This document shows positions 10,401 to 24,480 of a stretch of 64,000 nt of DNA, in pieces. The stretch's first letter is position 1. Each line of letters starts with the position of its first letter. The position numbers were made by a program, and so were the translations under genes. The notes beneath the pieces were generated by a model, which did not search any database, was not told where the DNA came from, and saw only the letters and a list, made by a program, of their open reading frames with translations. This DNA is from Lepidodermella squamata (Eukaryota > Animalia > Gastrotricha): positions 1,488,001-1,552,000 of the forward strand of contig JBLDXI010000004.1 in NCBI GenBank assembly GCA_047495785.1, written 5' to 3'.

Positions 10401-13400
10401 GACTTGAGGCAGCTGGTTGTCTAAATGGAACTGAAACACAAGAATATTCATCCGGGAATTTCGGAACCCTTGACAATTGTTTGACTGGAGTAAGTGGTCT
10501 AGCCATAATATGACGTTTCAGCTGATCTAAAATTTCAGGCAGCCTCTCAGTGCGAAACTGCACTAGGGAAAAGGTGTTACGAATTATGCCCCGTTGGATC
10601 ACAGCAGGTTAGTTATTATCTCTGATTTTTCAAAATTGAACTTTTCCCTCCAGATCCAGTCCTACTTTTCTTCAGCCTACTTCCAAGAAAACCATGCGAC
10701 TTGTATGAATCAAATTATGGTGAGATCAGCAACAAATTTGACATCTAAAATTCAAAATTTTATTTAGGCACTGTACTTTCGGTGTGTTGATATGAACCAA
10801 GGCGGAGTTGTAACTTGTCGCAACGAAACTGAGGGCTGTCAAGCGAATGAAGTCAGATTCCCCGCTGACGTGACTTTCTCCTCAGAATTACGTTGCTACA
10901 ACCCAGCCAAGAGCTATATCGTCGAGAATTCTCTCGCTTTCCGTCAAACTGCGATCCTTCAATGCTCTGATGCCTCGTATCAACTGGCGACGGTTAGAAA
11001 TTTGGGCGAAGAAATCTACCTAAGGAGTCTATTGGCGTCAACAGCGAACTCCCCGTTTTGGATTGGCCTATCGAAGAACACAGGGACTTGGACTTGGATC
11101 GATGGCTCTCAATTTGTTGCTCTACCAGGCCAATGGGGCCCTGGTGAGCCAAATGATTCCTTTGATTGCGCTGCTTACAAGCTCATCAACGGAACGAACT
11201 ACCAACTCAGCGCTGAAAACTGCCTTGATTCATTTTCCTATGTGTGTGAGAAGATTTTTGAGAATGACGGCTCAGGTAGGATTGTTTCTTTTGTACTAGC
11301 TGACCTTTTTTGTGAGCTTCGTTTAGACCAGGTTCCTGAATATGTGTTGCCACATGTTAGATGCTTCGACTATGCTAAAACAGATTTTGGGGGGTGTAGA
11401 CCAGTGAGCTCAGGCTGCCAAGTTGGAAATCAGACTCAGGAATATTCACCTGCAACATTCGACACCTTGGATTCATGCTTACTTGGGGTAAACAATTTCA
11501 GAATAAATGTAATGCGATAGGGTACCCCATATTTGGCTTTTCCAGACTGCAGTTCAGTGCCGAACTACCGTCGACAGGCGCTGCTTCGATTCGTGTCCGG
11601 CCGGGTCGGACCAGGTACACGAATTTAACCCTGAAAATTGTCGATGCAAGCTTTCATTACTTCGATAAGGTTGGCTCTTATTCCGGCTCGTTGTACTTTG
11701 CCGAAAATTATGAGACCTGTCTTAGCAACATACCCGTGAGTTTTCCCTAGACCGTGATCTATTTTCAGTGTTTTATCTTTTGATAGCCTGGTTTTGTCCG
11801 GTGTGTCTCAACCTCGCCTGTTGAAACTATCAACTGCCGACCAAACACGACCAGCTGCTTAGCTGGAGAACAGCTCGATCCAGCCTACGAGACCTACGCT
11901 ACCGAGCAAATGTGCCTCAACGTCGAAAAATACTTCATTACCCGGCGAACGATGGTTAACTACGCCGAGGCAATAGATTTATGCGCCAATTTATCGGCTA
12001 AAATCGCTACAGTGAAGACATCAAGCGATCAAGCTGCGCTTCGGCAACAGTTGGCGTCTGAGTCTGTTCCAGCTGCTTGGGTGGGTCTGACATTACTCAC
12101 GGATGGCTCGTTTGTTTGGGTTGATGGGACACCCTTCTCAGCGCTGCCCGATCAGTGGGGTGCGAATCAGCCGAATCGGTTCTGGACATGTTCAAGCTAC
12201 GCCTTCAAACCCACCCCAAACGAGTATTATCTGGAGAATACGAATTGCGAGCAGTCGCCCAATGCCATTCGACCTGGCTACGCTTGTGAAAAATTTGCAC
12301 CTAAGAACAGCTCGGGTATTTTTTGTTTTTGAAAATCCAGCGGTTAAATCTAGCTAATTTCAGCCTCAGAGCCCCATGTTCGTTGCTTTGATGTGTCAAC
12401 TCGGGGTTTCGTCGCCTGTCGGCCTTCGAGTCAAGGCTGTAACCCTAGCAATGAGACGCAGCAATTCTCGTCGAGAACTTTCGCCAACTTGGATCTCTGC
12501 CTGATCGGAGTAAAATAACTTTGTTTCATCACTCATTGTTACACACAGTTTTCAATATAGCCCGCTGTTCTATGCTCAATGAGTGATGGAACGAGAAAAT
12601 GCTACGATTTCTGTCCATCAGACGCACAACAGGTCAGAATTATATTCGTAATTCGTAAACCCCGAAATACTAGTTGTCAATTTCTTAATTTATAGGTTGC
12701 GTACTACGGCAGTTCGATATTTTTCCAGCAAAACTTTGATGCGTGTCCCTACAACGAAATTGTGAGTTGCTCATCGATACTTTTAATCGATCGACATTGG
12801 ATTCTTTAACTTCAACAAAGAGATGATTTTAAATTAAGTGTTGAAAAATTGGAAATTTAGAGATTTTCCTCGAGATTTTACTTCGAAATCTTTTTTCTAT
12901 TACTAGCCTGCATTTTATCGCTGCGTGGGAAATGACGGAACCGTAACTTGCCGGGTAAATGCAACAGGCTGTTTGGCATCTGAAAAGCGATTCCCGGCCT
13001 TTTACATCTACGACACAAAAGCTATCTGCGACAGCGCGAAAAAGGCCTACATTTACATCGAAGAAGCATACGCGATTGAGCAATACCGTGCCAGCCTGGA
13101 ATGTCAAGCTCTAAACATGGAGCTCGCGACGATAAAAAGCAACGCTGAGTTCACGGCCATGTACCAATACCCGTTCCCAACTATCTATGAATCGACACCC
13201 TTCAGACATCGAGCCTGGATCGGGTTGAACCTAGTATCGTGGCAGAGTGGCCAGTGGCGGTGGGGCGATGGATCGATACTGGACCGCAGCCTCTACAGCC
13301 CATACTTGTTCTACCTATGGGACGCGACTTACGCAACTTCAGGATATCAATGCGCGAGTATAGGAATCTACGACAACTACTACACCCAAGCTCATGGCCC

Positions 13401-14027
13401 TATAAGGGATAACTGCTCACCCAGGGCCTATCCGCTGCTGGTTTGCCAGAGTTTCGTCGAAGCCCCAATATTGAACGGCAACATTTCGGTGAGACCAAAC
13501 TCTTTATGAAATTCCGACCTATAACCCTTATGTTGTAGGTTGGATTTTTCCGATGTGTTAGCCCTAAATTCGAAGGCTTTGTCACGTGTCGGTCGAATAT
13601 CACTGGCTGCCTCGAATCGGAGCGAAGAGTTCCGTCAAATGTGATATATGCCTCGGAATACTTATGCTACAACGCTAGAAAAACCTACCAGGTCGTCAAC
13701 GCGAATTGGAACTGGTTCGTTGCGAATAACTACTGCCAACAGCAGCTCGGTGGCCAAATGGCTGTTGTTAGGACTCTGGCTGACTGGAACGTATTCAACA
13801 ATCTGGTGGCTACTAATCAACTGCGGAGTGATGCTAAGCCCTGGGTTGGTCTGAGGTATAGCGTTGGTGGCCCTTGGCGATGGGTTGATGGTTCGGCGCT
13901 TCGGTCCTGGCCGCTGATTGGCGATGAGGGTTCGTGCGCGTACCGCGACATGGCGACAAGTAACTATTACTCGACAGATTGTAATGACCTATTTACGGAC
14001 ACGTTAGTGTGTGAGACTTATGCTTGA
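4462..14027 (+). CDS. Multi-exon secreted protein with six C-type lectin domains interspersed with Cys-rich repeats; one exon interrupted by a transposon at 5870-9210
   Basis: Signal peptide at 4462. CTLDs with WIGL/WVG and WxWVDGS motifs and EPS, EPN, EPN, QPN in the first four, at about 9250-9620, 9950-10310, 10910-11255, 11930-12290, 13040-13450 and 13680-14020. Short GT-AG introns; no TM segment before the stop at 14027. Confidence 0.85.
5870..9210. mobile_element. Non-autonomous hAT-type TIR element carrying a cargo gene
   Basis: TIR CATAGAGCGAAGTA at 5870-5883 and TACTTCGCTCTATG at 9197-9210, with an extra internal right end at 5991-6004. Perfect 8-bp TSD ATCTGACG at 5862-5869 and 9211-9218. 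Removing the element restores the host reading frame. Confidence 0.9.
6688..8215 (+). CDS. Secreted protein of about 393 aa with six Cys-rich repeats (distantly dermatopontin/amebocyte-aggregation-factor-like); transposon cargo
   Basis: Exons 6688-6739, 6795-7171, 7353-7545, 7604-7977 and 8030-8215 splice GT-AG into an uninterrupted 1182-nt frame. Signal peptide MAFRLAVIAATLGIVVS; repeat LDRxxVxCxxxExLxxFxL...YxYxCC; AATAAA at about 8279 and 8342. Confidence 0.88.
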
Positions 14028-14711
14028 GAAATAATGTGATTCCAACTGACAGATTGCGACTCAAAAGTAGCAACGGTGTTTGGTAGGTCGATATTTCCAA
14101 CGCACAATATTTCCAAAAAATATAGATTCAGTGTTATATTTGAAAAAATAGCGTAATAGAAAATTTCATCGAAATCAGAAACTGATGGGAAATATGCGCA
14201 TAAGGCCCTAGCTTAGCATGCGGTTGTCGATTTTCTGATTCCTTCCTTAATTTGCTGGAAATAAAAAAAGTTGGCTGAAAAAAATCAGCTGGCTGAAAGG
14301 GCGGATCAAACTCGCCTGAATCGTGTGAATGTGAAGTTTATTGCAGTTAATTGCTCCCCTCACAATCCCGTCAGCTGTTGCTTGCCGTCGACTGTTGAAG
14401 CTCATTTATGTCTGCCATATCGTGTTTGATATGGTCCGCTAACGATATTATATAGTATTGCTCTACCGAGCTATTCCACCGAGGCATAAATGCTGATAAT
14501 AGGTATCACATATGAGAAGATTTTCAATTTTGCGACTGTAGAGGCCTGATCTTTGTATTGAAAACTCAATGTAGCATGATCATTAATGTAAAAAGTTGCC
14601 TCGTGAGGCGAATAAACAAGCAGGGGTATCAATAGTATTCAATTAGGACTGTTATCGTTTGATATGCACAATGCATAGAAGAAATCGTGACACGCAGTCA
14701 GCATTGTTCGA

Positions 14712-17700
14712 CTATTCCTTCAGGCGTTCGCAAATGATAGCAGCATTCGTGACCTGGCATGGCCCTCCGCTGAAGGTGCCACTGTTGTAGGTCACGCCTG
14801 AGAGTAAAACACAATTTATCATAATAAAATTTGTCGGCCGCATTCGATTTGAAAATGCCTTACACAAGTAAGTTGAGCCGCTGATGCTTGAGCCCACGTA
14901 CTCACCGGTACGCATGAAGTGGAACGGCATTGACGAGCGGCGTTTCGCGCCAACAAAAACTTCAGCAGCACCCGACGCTGCCGTCACCAGGTTGGCCATA
15001 GCCGTTGTGTCGGGCGTAATGGGCAAAATTTTCGAAACGCCCTTGCATAGCGTTTCCGCAGCTGTCCAGCCCATTGTCGAGGAACTCTCCAGCGTGATGA
15101 CATCCTGAATCATAAGCATACATGTTGCAACATTGTGAGCGCGCATTATTTTATGGAGCTAATAGTAAACCTCTTACCGTATTAGGATCTTGGCAGTAAA
15201 CAACGGGAAGAGTGACCGTGTTGCAGTCGATGTCGTTGTAGCCGTAGACCGAGGATGATGTTATTTTAAAAGACAAACCTTGAAGGAAAAATGTAGACCA
15301 CATTAGTTATCTTAAGAGCAGCAATTAGTGTTTGCCGGAGGCCATGTGACGGGCCTAAGGAAGAGCCATCCCCTCTCCAAAAATTTTTGCTTACAACAGC
15401 CCGGGCTACTAAAATTTCAAACTTTGAAAAATTCGAAAATTAATTTTTGGTGTATAGTTGATAGTTTTTGACATTTTCGAACCGATTTGACTCCTCAATC
15501 CTCAACCCTGGGCTAATATTAGGGTTGAACTATTATTGGAACAAATACGGTAACTCATTATCGTACTTACAGGCACCGCCACCGTTCGGATCACCCGTAT
15601 TCCAGCTGGGATTGGTGGCCCAGTCGACGGGGGCTCCAGTCGACCAAACAAACGCCCCAGCGACGCCAGTGAAGTAGCTAGTTCCACTGACTGCGAGCGA
15701 TGGCAGTGTGGTTGAGAGGCCGTTGTCGTAGGAGCGGAACACAGCAGGAACTCCACCCTCAGCGGCGCATTGGCGAACACGAGCTAGGTACAATCCATTG
15801 GCGCCTGATGCGATGAAATACCGTGCTGGAGGGAGTAACATGAATAACAAGCCACTTTGAGGAATCAATCTTAAATAACCTGTTCCGCAAGTTTTGCCGA
15901 TGAAGCTCTGCGGGCATAGGCACACGTTGTTGTCAATGCACGTGCCTCCATTTTGGCACGCTGGATCGCATCTGGCTGCTCGGGTGAAATCATCAAAGGT
16001 TAAATCTGTGGATTGAATATGAGATCGATCGATTGATCTTACCTGAAAACTTTTCACATATCACTGTTCCAGCCTCGGAACAAGGGGCAGCGTAGAAAGT
16101 TCCGTCGGATGCCATCTTCGTACCTGAAAATTGATAGGACCGTTAGCTGGAAATCATCATCAAATTTTGCACTCAGTTATTAGTATTTTAACTAGAATTT
16201 TTTTCCAGGGCTTTTTCAAAATCATCGAATTTGTTCTAAAACTTCAAAAAGATGGCCCCTTACACAAATTATCGTTGCTGATAGTTGCAGAGCCGCCTTT
16301 GCTCGACGGCAGGATGTCATTACTGCTGTACAGTTCTTGATTTGGCCACACGTAGTACGGCGGAGATTGGGCGCGTTTCGCGCCGATGAACGCAAATATG
16401 CCAGCCTCATAGTTTGTGTACAGCATCATGTGCGCCGTAAAAAAGTCATCCGCCCTGGTGATCTGAAGCATTCGCAGGCTCTTCGACGTGCACCACGCGT
16501 TTGCCCCATCGAAATCCAACGTCTGCTTGTAGATCCTCACAGCTAGCTTGAATAAAAGAAATAAAATTCAAATTATAAAACAGTTTTATTTTATCTTAGA
16601 TCTTAGAAAAATTGGAGCTTTTCTGAATTTTAGAAAAAATGTCAAGCAGCAACTTGGAGTCAAGGAGCAACGATTGTTCAATTGACCCTTAAGAATTTTA
16701 AATTTTTGAAATTTCAGTCATCAAGGAGCCTGAAAGCCTCCTTGGGATTTCCCATTCTTTAAGGAGGCAGGAATCCTCTTGAGGGATAGGAAATCCCAGA
16801 GTTTCGCTGAAAATTCATATCAATTTATAGGTTGCCGTGGAGGCTTGATTCCTCCAACATGTGTAAATATCTAGCGAGATTTCTCATCTCGAATCTCTGA
16901 CACCCAAAAGAGAGGCGCTAAAGAGCAATCCTTGTTTCGAGCTTCGAAAATTCAAGGTACTTATTGACAAAAGTCGAAAATCGGCTAACTGCGAGCTGGG
17001 GTGAAAAATCACGAACTAATTGTTTGGCCTTTTGAGGAACTCGAGGCTTATGCAGGTATTCAACTAACTGAGGTTGGGTCCTGGCACAGCACATATTTGC
17101 TTGTATCACTACAAGGCCTTGTGTTGAATGCGAAGAAGCCATCGGTTGAGGACGAGCCAAGAATGTAAGCGCCTGCCAGAAACATACACAATACAATAGC
17201 TATAGCTATCGAGTAGGTAAATTAATCGAAAACTCACATTGTCCTGTGCCGCCAGTGATCGGCGTATAACCAGGCATCAGAGGCATCAAGTTCATCACCG
17301 AGTTGTCTGTGTATCGGTACAGAGCTGTCAGGCCGATGAAGTACTCATTCGAACCAGCGACTGATCGAGCGCTCGCTAGGCCATCGGCTGTTCGAATGAT
17401 GGCCGCCCTCGCGCCACTCTTGTAACAAGACTCAGCGCTAGCCGAGTACGAGGCGCCTGCTGTGCCCAGGAAATACTTGGCTGAAATATAAATTAGAAAT
17501 TATTGCTTAGTATACAGCTGTGGTATAGATTTTCCCACTTTAATTCTCGCAGACCACCCAATTTACAATTTGTATTATACTAGGATTCAATTCGAGTTTG
17601 GACGGCGGACATATTTTTGAAAAATTCAGCGAATATACTCACAGATTGAGCAATCAGCTCCCGCCCAGGCCTCGGTGCAATCACATGCCCCGGATCGGCA

Positions 17701-20700
17701 TGCGCCGCCGTTTTTGCAAGACGGCGAGCAAGGGGCTGGAAAACAAATATGTTAATCGCAATGAATTAGGCTTCGAAATGGTTCACCTTCGGTGCACGCA
17801 CTGCCTGTCCAGCCGTTGATGCAGTTACACGTTCCAGTCGCCGTGTTGCAGGCGCCGCCATTTTGGCACGCAGCAGCACAGGTAAGAACAGGGGCTAGTG
17901 AATAGGTATGTCATTAAAAATGAAAAAAAAATCGAACAATAAATCGAAATGACTCACCAACGGTGCACGCACTGCCTGTCCAGCCGTTGATGCAGTTACA
18001 CGTTCCAGTCGCCGAGTTGCAAGCACCGCCATTTTGGCACGCAGCAGCACAGGTAAGAACAGGGGCTAGTGAATAGGTATGTCATTAATAATGAAAAAAA
18101 AAATCGAACAATGAATCGAAATGACTCACCAACGGTGCACGCACTGCCTGTCCAGCCGTTGATGCAGTTACACGTTCCAGTCGCCGAGTTGCAAGCACCG
18201 CCATTTTGGCACGCAGCAGCACAAGTGAGCACAGGGGCTAAAGTGCAAGTCAATCACAATTCAAAAATCATCAACCAGAATGAATTAGTCAAATCATGAT
18301 GATATTAGTACAGACTATTGATTTTCCTAATTTGAAGGCAACATTATTTCAAACCTCACTTCCAGCCCCTCGAGTTACCAGCTGGTGAATTTGAAAGAAC
18401 AAGAGTTCCATTATTTTGTCTGGTCAAGTTAAGAATTGCTTCGATCGTCATGGTACCCATTTGAAATAATTTTAAGCAAGTCTGAACAACTGTGAGTATT
18501 TCATTGACATAAGTGGAGAGGATCCTGAGCAGAATCTTAATTCTTCTCAGTTAACGCTTAGACAAATTACCATAATTTTTTATCTCTCCTTTAGCTCCTT
18601 AAATTTCTGATGGTATGCTGCCCCTACTTAAAAAGAGGTAATAAAAAGAAGCCTGTCAAATTTTTCGCGTTATTGTTCCCAATGTAGAAATTTTGCGCCC
18701 AATAAATACTAAGCAATAATATTGGTAATAATACTAAGTAAAAAGTATTAATAAATTGGTTCCTTAATTCAATACTTTTTCTCTCTTCGTTCTCTATATT
18801 GTTATCCACGCCTTGAATGCACTTAAAAATGCTCGCTTTTAATTGAATGAAGCAATTGAAAATCGATATTCGAAAAATAATTGAATTCGACATGTTCATC
18901 GTAATTTAAGCTTTATTTGAATTTAATTGAAGAACTGTCAGTGAATCTCTCGAAAAACTCAAATATCTTGAAATTTCCAAGAGCCAATTTCTGAATCTAT
19001 CTATTCTGAACTGGCGCCAAAATCAGTGTATAACGCTATTATATCTATGACAATAAATCGAAATGACTCACCAACGGTGCACGCACTGCCTGTCCAGCCG
19101 TTGATGCAGTTACACGTTCCAGTCGCCGAGTTGCAAGCACCACCATTTTGGCACGCAGCAGCACAGGTAAGAACAGGGGCTATGGTAAATGTTAATCCCA
19201 ATAAATGTATCGCAGTGAATGGCGCACATTACATCACCAAGACAAATTTAGACTAACTACTCAAGAGAAAAATGAGTCGGCTGATTGCACTAATGAATCT
19301 ACCATTTGTAATACTGCTAGCTCTAGACTTTCAACGTTTATGCGGCCCCTATAAGCCAAGTATTAGAATTAGCGGAACATCTGACAGACATGACCCTTTA
19401 TACAATATCCCTTTTCTCGTGAGCGTGCTTATGCTATGATGTCATCGTGCTTATGATACAGTGCTCCCTCGCTAAGTGCACCCTTGCTATGTACAATTCC
19501 CTCGTAATCTGCTATGATCAAGGAATTAATTTTTAGTTGGCTGACAAATAATTCAAAATCATCATAAATGAAAGGATGTTAAGGTGGATTCACTAATGTG
19601 CGAATTTTCGGATACGAATATTTCGCATACGACCGTCGCACTGTCGGGTGCGAAAATCGCATCGTTGTTCATATACTATCCGACGTTGTCGCGCGTCGTA
19701 CCGTCGCATCAGCGTTTCGTACGACAGTCGCGCCGAGTGTTCATAAACGCTAGTCAGAGAACAATGTGCGCGTGCGACAAGATTCGACTAGGGCGCGCGC
19801 ACTCAAACAATGGATTTTGTCGCATGGACCTGGCCTGTCGCATCGCACGCGCGATTTTGGTGGAATTTCGCGTGTGCGACACGACAGCTTAGAATCGTCC
19901 GACAGCAGGTAAAACAACGTCCTAGTTCGGTCCACTTCAAGCGCGCAATCGAAGTATAACAGTGGACTTGTGCGCGAAACCTGGAGGAATAGACAACGCA
20001 CTATTACTCTAAGGCGCGAAACACCACATCAACATTTTTAACAAAACGGTGGCCGCGCGCACTAAAATGTCAAAAATCTAATTTCGAAAACAATGGCGGC
20101 TTTTATACCAAATTAAAACTGAAACAATTCTCTATCAAATGACTACGAATTTCTTCCTTAATAAATTTAAATAAAAAAGTTGTTAGGGCCCTCAATAATC
20201 CGCGAGGTGGTGCCGTGCTAGGTGAAAATAATTAAAATTATCAAATTTCGATGAAAATACGCGGAAATGGGGTAACTGATGTCGAAAATAACGATTTTTC
20301 TGGTTAAAAACTTAGTTGGACAAGTTTTTTGCAAATTTGGTTTCCTTTCATATAAAAATCAGCCGCGCGCGACACTGTCTCAGCGCCCGCGCGTGTCATT
20401 GTTTTGTGCGCGTACGACTGTGACTATCCCTCGGCTGTCGTCCGCGGATTCGATGCGACAGAGCTGCGACAGTCGCATGCGACGGTACGACACTTGTCGT
20501 ACCTGTCGCACATTAGTGAATCCACCTTTAGAAAATTCAAAAATATCGCTTGGCAGGCCCCACCATCAGAAAATTGCTAAAAAAAACTGAAATGTTAGGT
20601 ACTTCTCGAAATTGATGTCTTTCTCACTAGGGGGTGGTATAATACTCACGTAAGGTGTAACACTTGATGTTAATCTTGTTTTCTCGTTATAGCTTGAGGC

Positions 20701-23700
20701 ATTTTCAGGCTAATTCTGAGGTGATAATGAAATGAAAACCGTTGGCTAAAGCTCGCTTGTCTCGAGTGTCTGATTCCTCACTGAATCTTAATATATAAAT
20801 AGGGTGTATTTCATCCGCTCACTGCTAAATCATTTTTCCGCGAGGAGATGAAATCGACCCATAGTTTGATATGTTAGAGCTAAGATTTATTGAAAGTGGG
20901 GTCACTGAAATATGTGGCTTCCGTGATTGGCTTGGAATAGGTTCACGGAAGTTTAAAAAATTGTCCGTTTAAAACTGAAAATATTTTAACATTTCTATGA
21001 AAGTTACCTGCAATTTTTACATTATTTACAGCTCGAATTAAAAAAAATACCGTCAGCTAAAGCTTGCTTCCCTCGCATATTCAATAACTTGGTTTTCTCA
21101 AATTTCATTGGCAGGTTGGTTACTGGAAAATATCATAGTTTTAGGAGTTTCTGAGAGACAATTTTTCAAAATCTTCTCGCTTCGCTAGAGTTTACAATTA
21201 GTTTTCACAATTTTATTCAGTCATTGATAGTTCTTGGATCCTTGAGTGCACCCTGAAAATATGAATCAGGCCCCACCAACCGTGAAAGGCTGGTTACGCT
21301 TCTGCATAGTTAGATATGGCACACCACTAAAAACAACGTCTCCTCATCAGCTATGAAAAAAACGAAGCTACGCTCTTATGATTCGTTGCTACGAAAATCA
21401 GTAGACCGAGAGCTCAGTAGATCCTACGTAGATCCAAAAGGCAAAATATTCGTCCAAAATTGCTGTTTTTCCGACCTATTGTCGATCTATTAGACTGGAT
21501 CTACGGGCATCGATCCTGTGTAGGTCCTAATTTTACCATTCGATCTACGTAGGGTCGAACCCATACGATCTATCCCAGTGTCAAATTTAGATCCACCCAT
21601 GATCTACTTTTTTTCGACTGGGTAGCTCTTGAACAGCTCTCGTTAGCTGCAACCCAAGATAACTGCACGACCCACGGCCCCGAGCCCCGACCCCTTGCAC
21701 TTGCACTAATCGAGTGAGCACTGTAATGAATGGAACATGATCCCACCTTCCGTGCATGCACTGCCTGTCCAGCCGTTGATGCAGTTGCAAGTTCCAGTCG
21801 CCGTGTTGCAGGCGCCGCCATTTTGGCACGCAGCAGCACAGGTAAGCGCTAGTATTCAGAAATTCAAATTCAGCCTTTCAAATAAAGCAAGAATAGCCGG
21901 AAGCTCACCAACAACGCTGCAGGTCGACCCGGCGAATCCGGTCGGGCACGAGCACGTATTCGACCCATTGCACCAACCGCCGTTGTTGCACAGGTTCGGC
22001 GAGCAAGCGGCTGTAATGCAGGAACAAAACATGGCTCGAGCAAGTATTTATATCTGTCTCGTTAGCTTACACTGGCTGCAATTCGCCCCAGTCCATGCAG
22101 GAAGGCAGTTGCATTTGTTAGGGCCGATGCAAACGCCTCCGTTCCAGCACCACGGGTCATGACAGTAAACTAACCATATCAAATATATAACGATAATTTC
22201 AATTCAAAAGATTATACACTCGTCGCAGTTCAGTCCCCGCCAGCCACTCGGGCACTTGCAATGGTTAGGACCGTCACAAGCGGCCCCATTTTTGCAGTTC
22301 GGACACGAATCTAGGAAAATAAGAGAAGCCAATATTTGGTTTCCGCAAATAGCTCAGGTCGTCTTCAGAACTTACATGAGTCACACAAAGTACCCGTGTA
22401 GCCAGACGTACATCGGCACGCGGCAGCCGTTGAGTCGTAAGTGCCGCCGTTACGGCAAGACTGTGAAGGCGGAAAGTGATTGGCAGACTCAAGACTCAGG
22501 TCGAGAAACCTACGAGAATGTTTTTTTGCTGGGATGGGGAGCAGGCAGAGCAATAGTCGATGAAAGATGAAACTGTGTGATCAAGGTAGATTTAAGACTA
22601 ATTGACAAAATAGCTCAAGTTTATTGGAATTTACATGTTAGAAAGAGTAGCAGGATCATTCGTGGTTATCAGATAATTTTAATGCAATGTAAATTTCTAA
22701 AAACAGAGATAAACGACATTCAATGGTGACAGTAGTGTGCGAAGTAGAACTTTTGAGCTGGGGATACCTCGATCATTCCCTCAGCATATAGTCCGAAAAA
22801 ATATCGCTCGCAGAGGTCTTAATTTACCTTTGTTTACCTTAATGAAGGGCGCTTTCCTGAGAGAATTGGCGCATTTTTAAGTTCGGAACCGCTAAGAAAA
22901 AACAACTGAACTGAATCTATAGGGCGTTAAGTCACCTGCGAGCGAAGCGAGCTTAACCTGGCGATATTTTTGTGAATTTTCGACCTGGAAGAGGCAAACA
23001 ACTAATAACGACTCATTATTCTCTATTCTCGCGTACTTCCGCACAACCTCATTCTAAAAGTTTCAGAAAGGCGTATGCTCTATAACGAAACATTTAAACA
23101 AACCAAACTTACAACTTGGTAACCATTGACGAAACAAAAAAATTGAGATAGAGGGTTGTAGGTTGTAGGCGAGCGAAGCAAGCCAACAAAATTGGGTTTG
23201 AAGCACCTAAATCAGTAAAGAAACTAACTGCAATCTGCTCCGGTTCAAGCCCCAACGGAAGTACACGTTCCATCCGCATTGCACACTCCGCCATTTGCAC
23301 AAGCTGGTGAGCATGGCCTGACTGGAAAAAATATATTGTTGAGCAAACAAAATCGCAGAAAAACGGTAAGAAGCTCACTGTTGCAAGTCGACCCCGAGTA
23401 TCCAGCCGGGCAGTTGCACTGCGTCGAGCTACAAGTGCCGCCATTTTGACAGCTCAGGTTGCAAGTGGCTGCAAAACAAAAATAAATTAGTCATGGTAAC
23501 GATAAATTGATCAATTAGGGCGCGAGTCGAAGTGCCCTATACTGCTAAACATCATCACATTCCCCAAAGTCCTTCAACGTTCAAATAGCAAAAAGGGAAA
23601 AATTTGAACCCTGGGACAAATCTTGAACTAGAGTATGAAATGAAGCGCAGGATTAAATATACTCTGCAATGCCCTGATTTAGCTTCAGGTCCGGCCTCTG

Positions 23701-24480
23701 AGCTTAATCAAGTCAAAACAGACTGGCATACTTGGTTCATGTGGATGACGATTTGTGTCTCACCGTTATTCCCAAATTCTATCTTAATTATTCTCCCTTA
23801 AAAAGCAGCGAAGCCAAGATGTTCCAACCCCCCTTGAAACGTCTGTGAAACTAACTGCAATCTGCGCCGCTCCAAGCCCCAGCGCAAGTACACGTCCCAT
23901 TCGCCTGGCAAGTTCCGCCATTCGCACACGCTGGCGAGCATTGCTTGACTTGAACTAGAATTTGTTGAGAAAATCATATTGCGAGAGATCAGACAGACGC
24001 TTACTAGCGCAGGTCGGCCCGGTGAAAGAAGCCGGGCAGGCACAAGTGTTTCGGCCATTGCACTGACCACCGTTGCTACACAGATTCGGCGAGCAAGCGG
24101 CAAACTTACCTTAGCACAGGCAAACTTACACTCGTCGCAGTTCGATCCCTTCCAGCCACCCGCGCACTTGCAAACATTCGGGCCGATGCGGGCGCCCCCA
24201 TTATTACAGTTCGAGCACGAATCTGAGCGATGATAATTCGAGAGATTGAGTCCAGTTATCTGTAGTTTCAGTATGGGACCTACGCTTATCACAGAGTGTG
24301 CCTGTATAGCCGGATGAGCATCGACATACAAAAGCCGTCGAGTCGTAGGTTCCTCCGTTCTGACAAGCCTATTGCGACGAGAATTGCATTTCTGATACAG
24401 ATTGGAAATGGGTGAACTTACAAGAGTGGCCATTTGCTGCTGCGATGAGGAACAGCCGGAACAGTAATTGATGCTTGCCA
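14712..24480 (-). CDS. Multi-exon secreted protein: about 16-17 EGF-like repeats and four divergent CTLD-like domains toward the C-terminus (5' end approximate)
   Basis: One-exon EGF modules such as [25 protein letters not shown] and [28 protein letters not shown]-like blocks ([42 protein letters not shown]). Signal-like exon [13 protein letters not shown] at about 24421-24480. Confidence 0.75.
17787..19180 (-). repeat. Near-identical tandem exon+intron duplications of an EGF exon (period about 171-172 bp); further copies at about 19065-19180 and 21746-21850
   Basis: Direct repeats of GTGCACGCACTGCCTGTCCAGCCGTTGATGCAGTTACACGTTCCAGTCGCCG, including flanking intron sequence. Confidence 0.9.
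19582..20527. mobile_element. PIF/Harbinger-like non-autonomous element
   Basis: TIR AGGTGGATTCACTAATGTGCGA at both ends; TTA TSD at 19579-19581 and 20528-20530. Confidence 0.85.

Noticed and set aside
17787-18240. 171-bp periodic repeat as satellite or CRISPR
   Set aside because: Each unit is an EGF exon plus an intron with splice sites.
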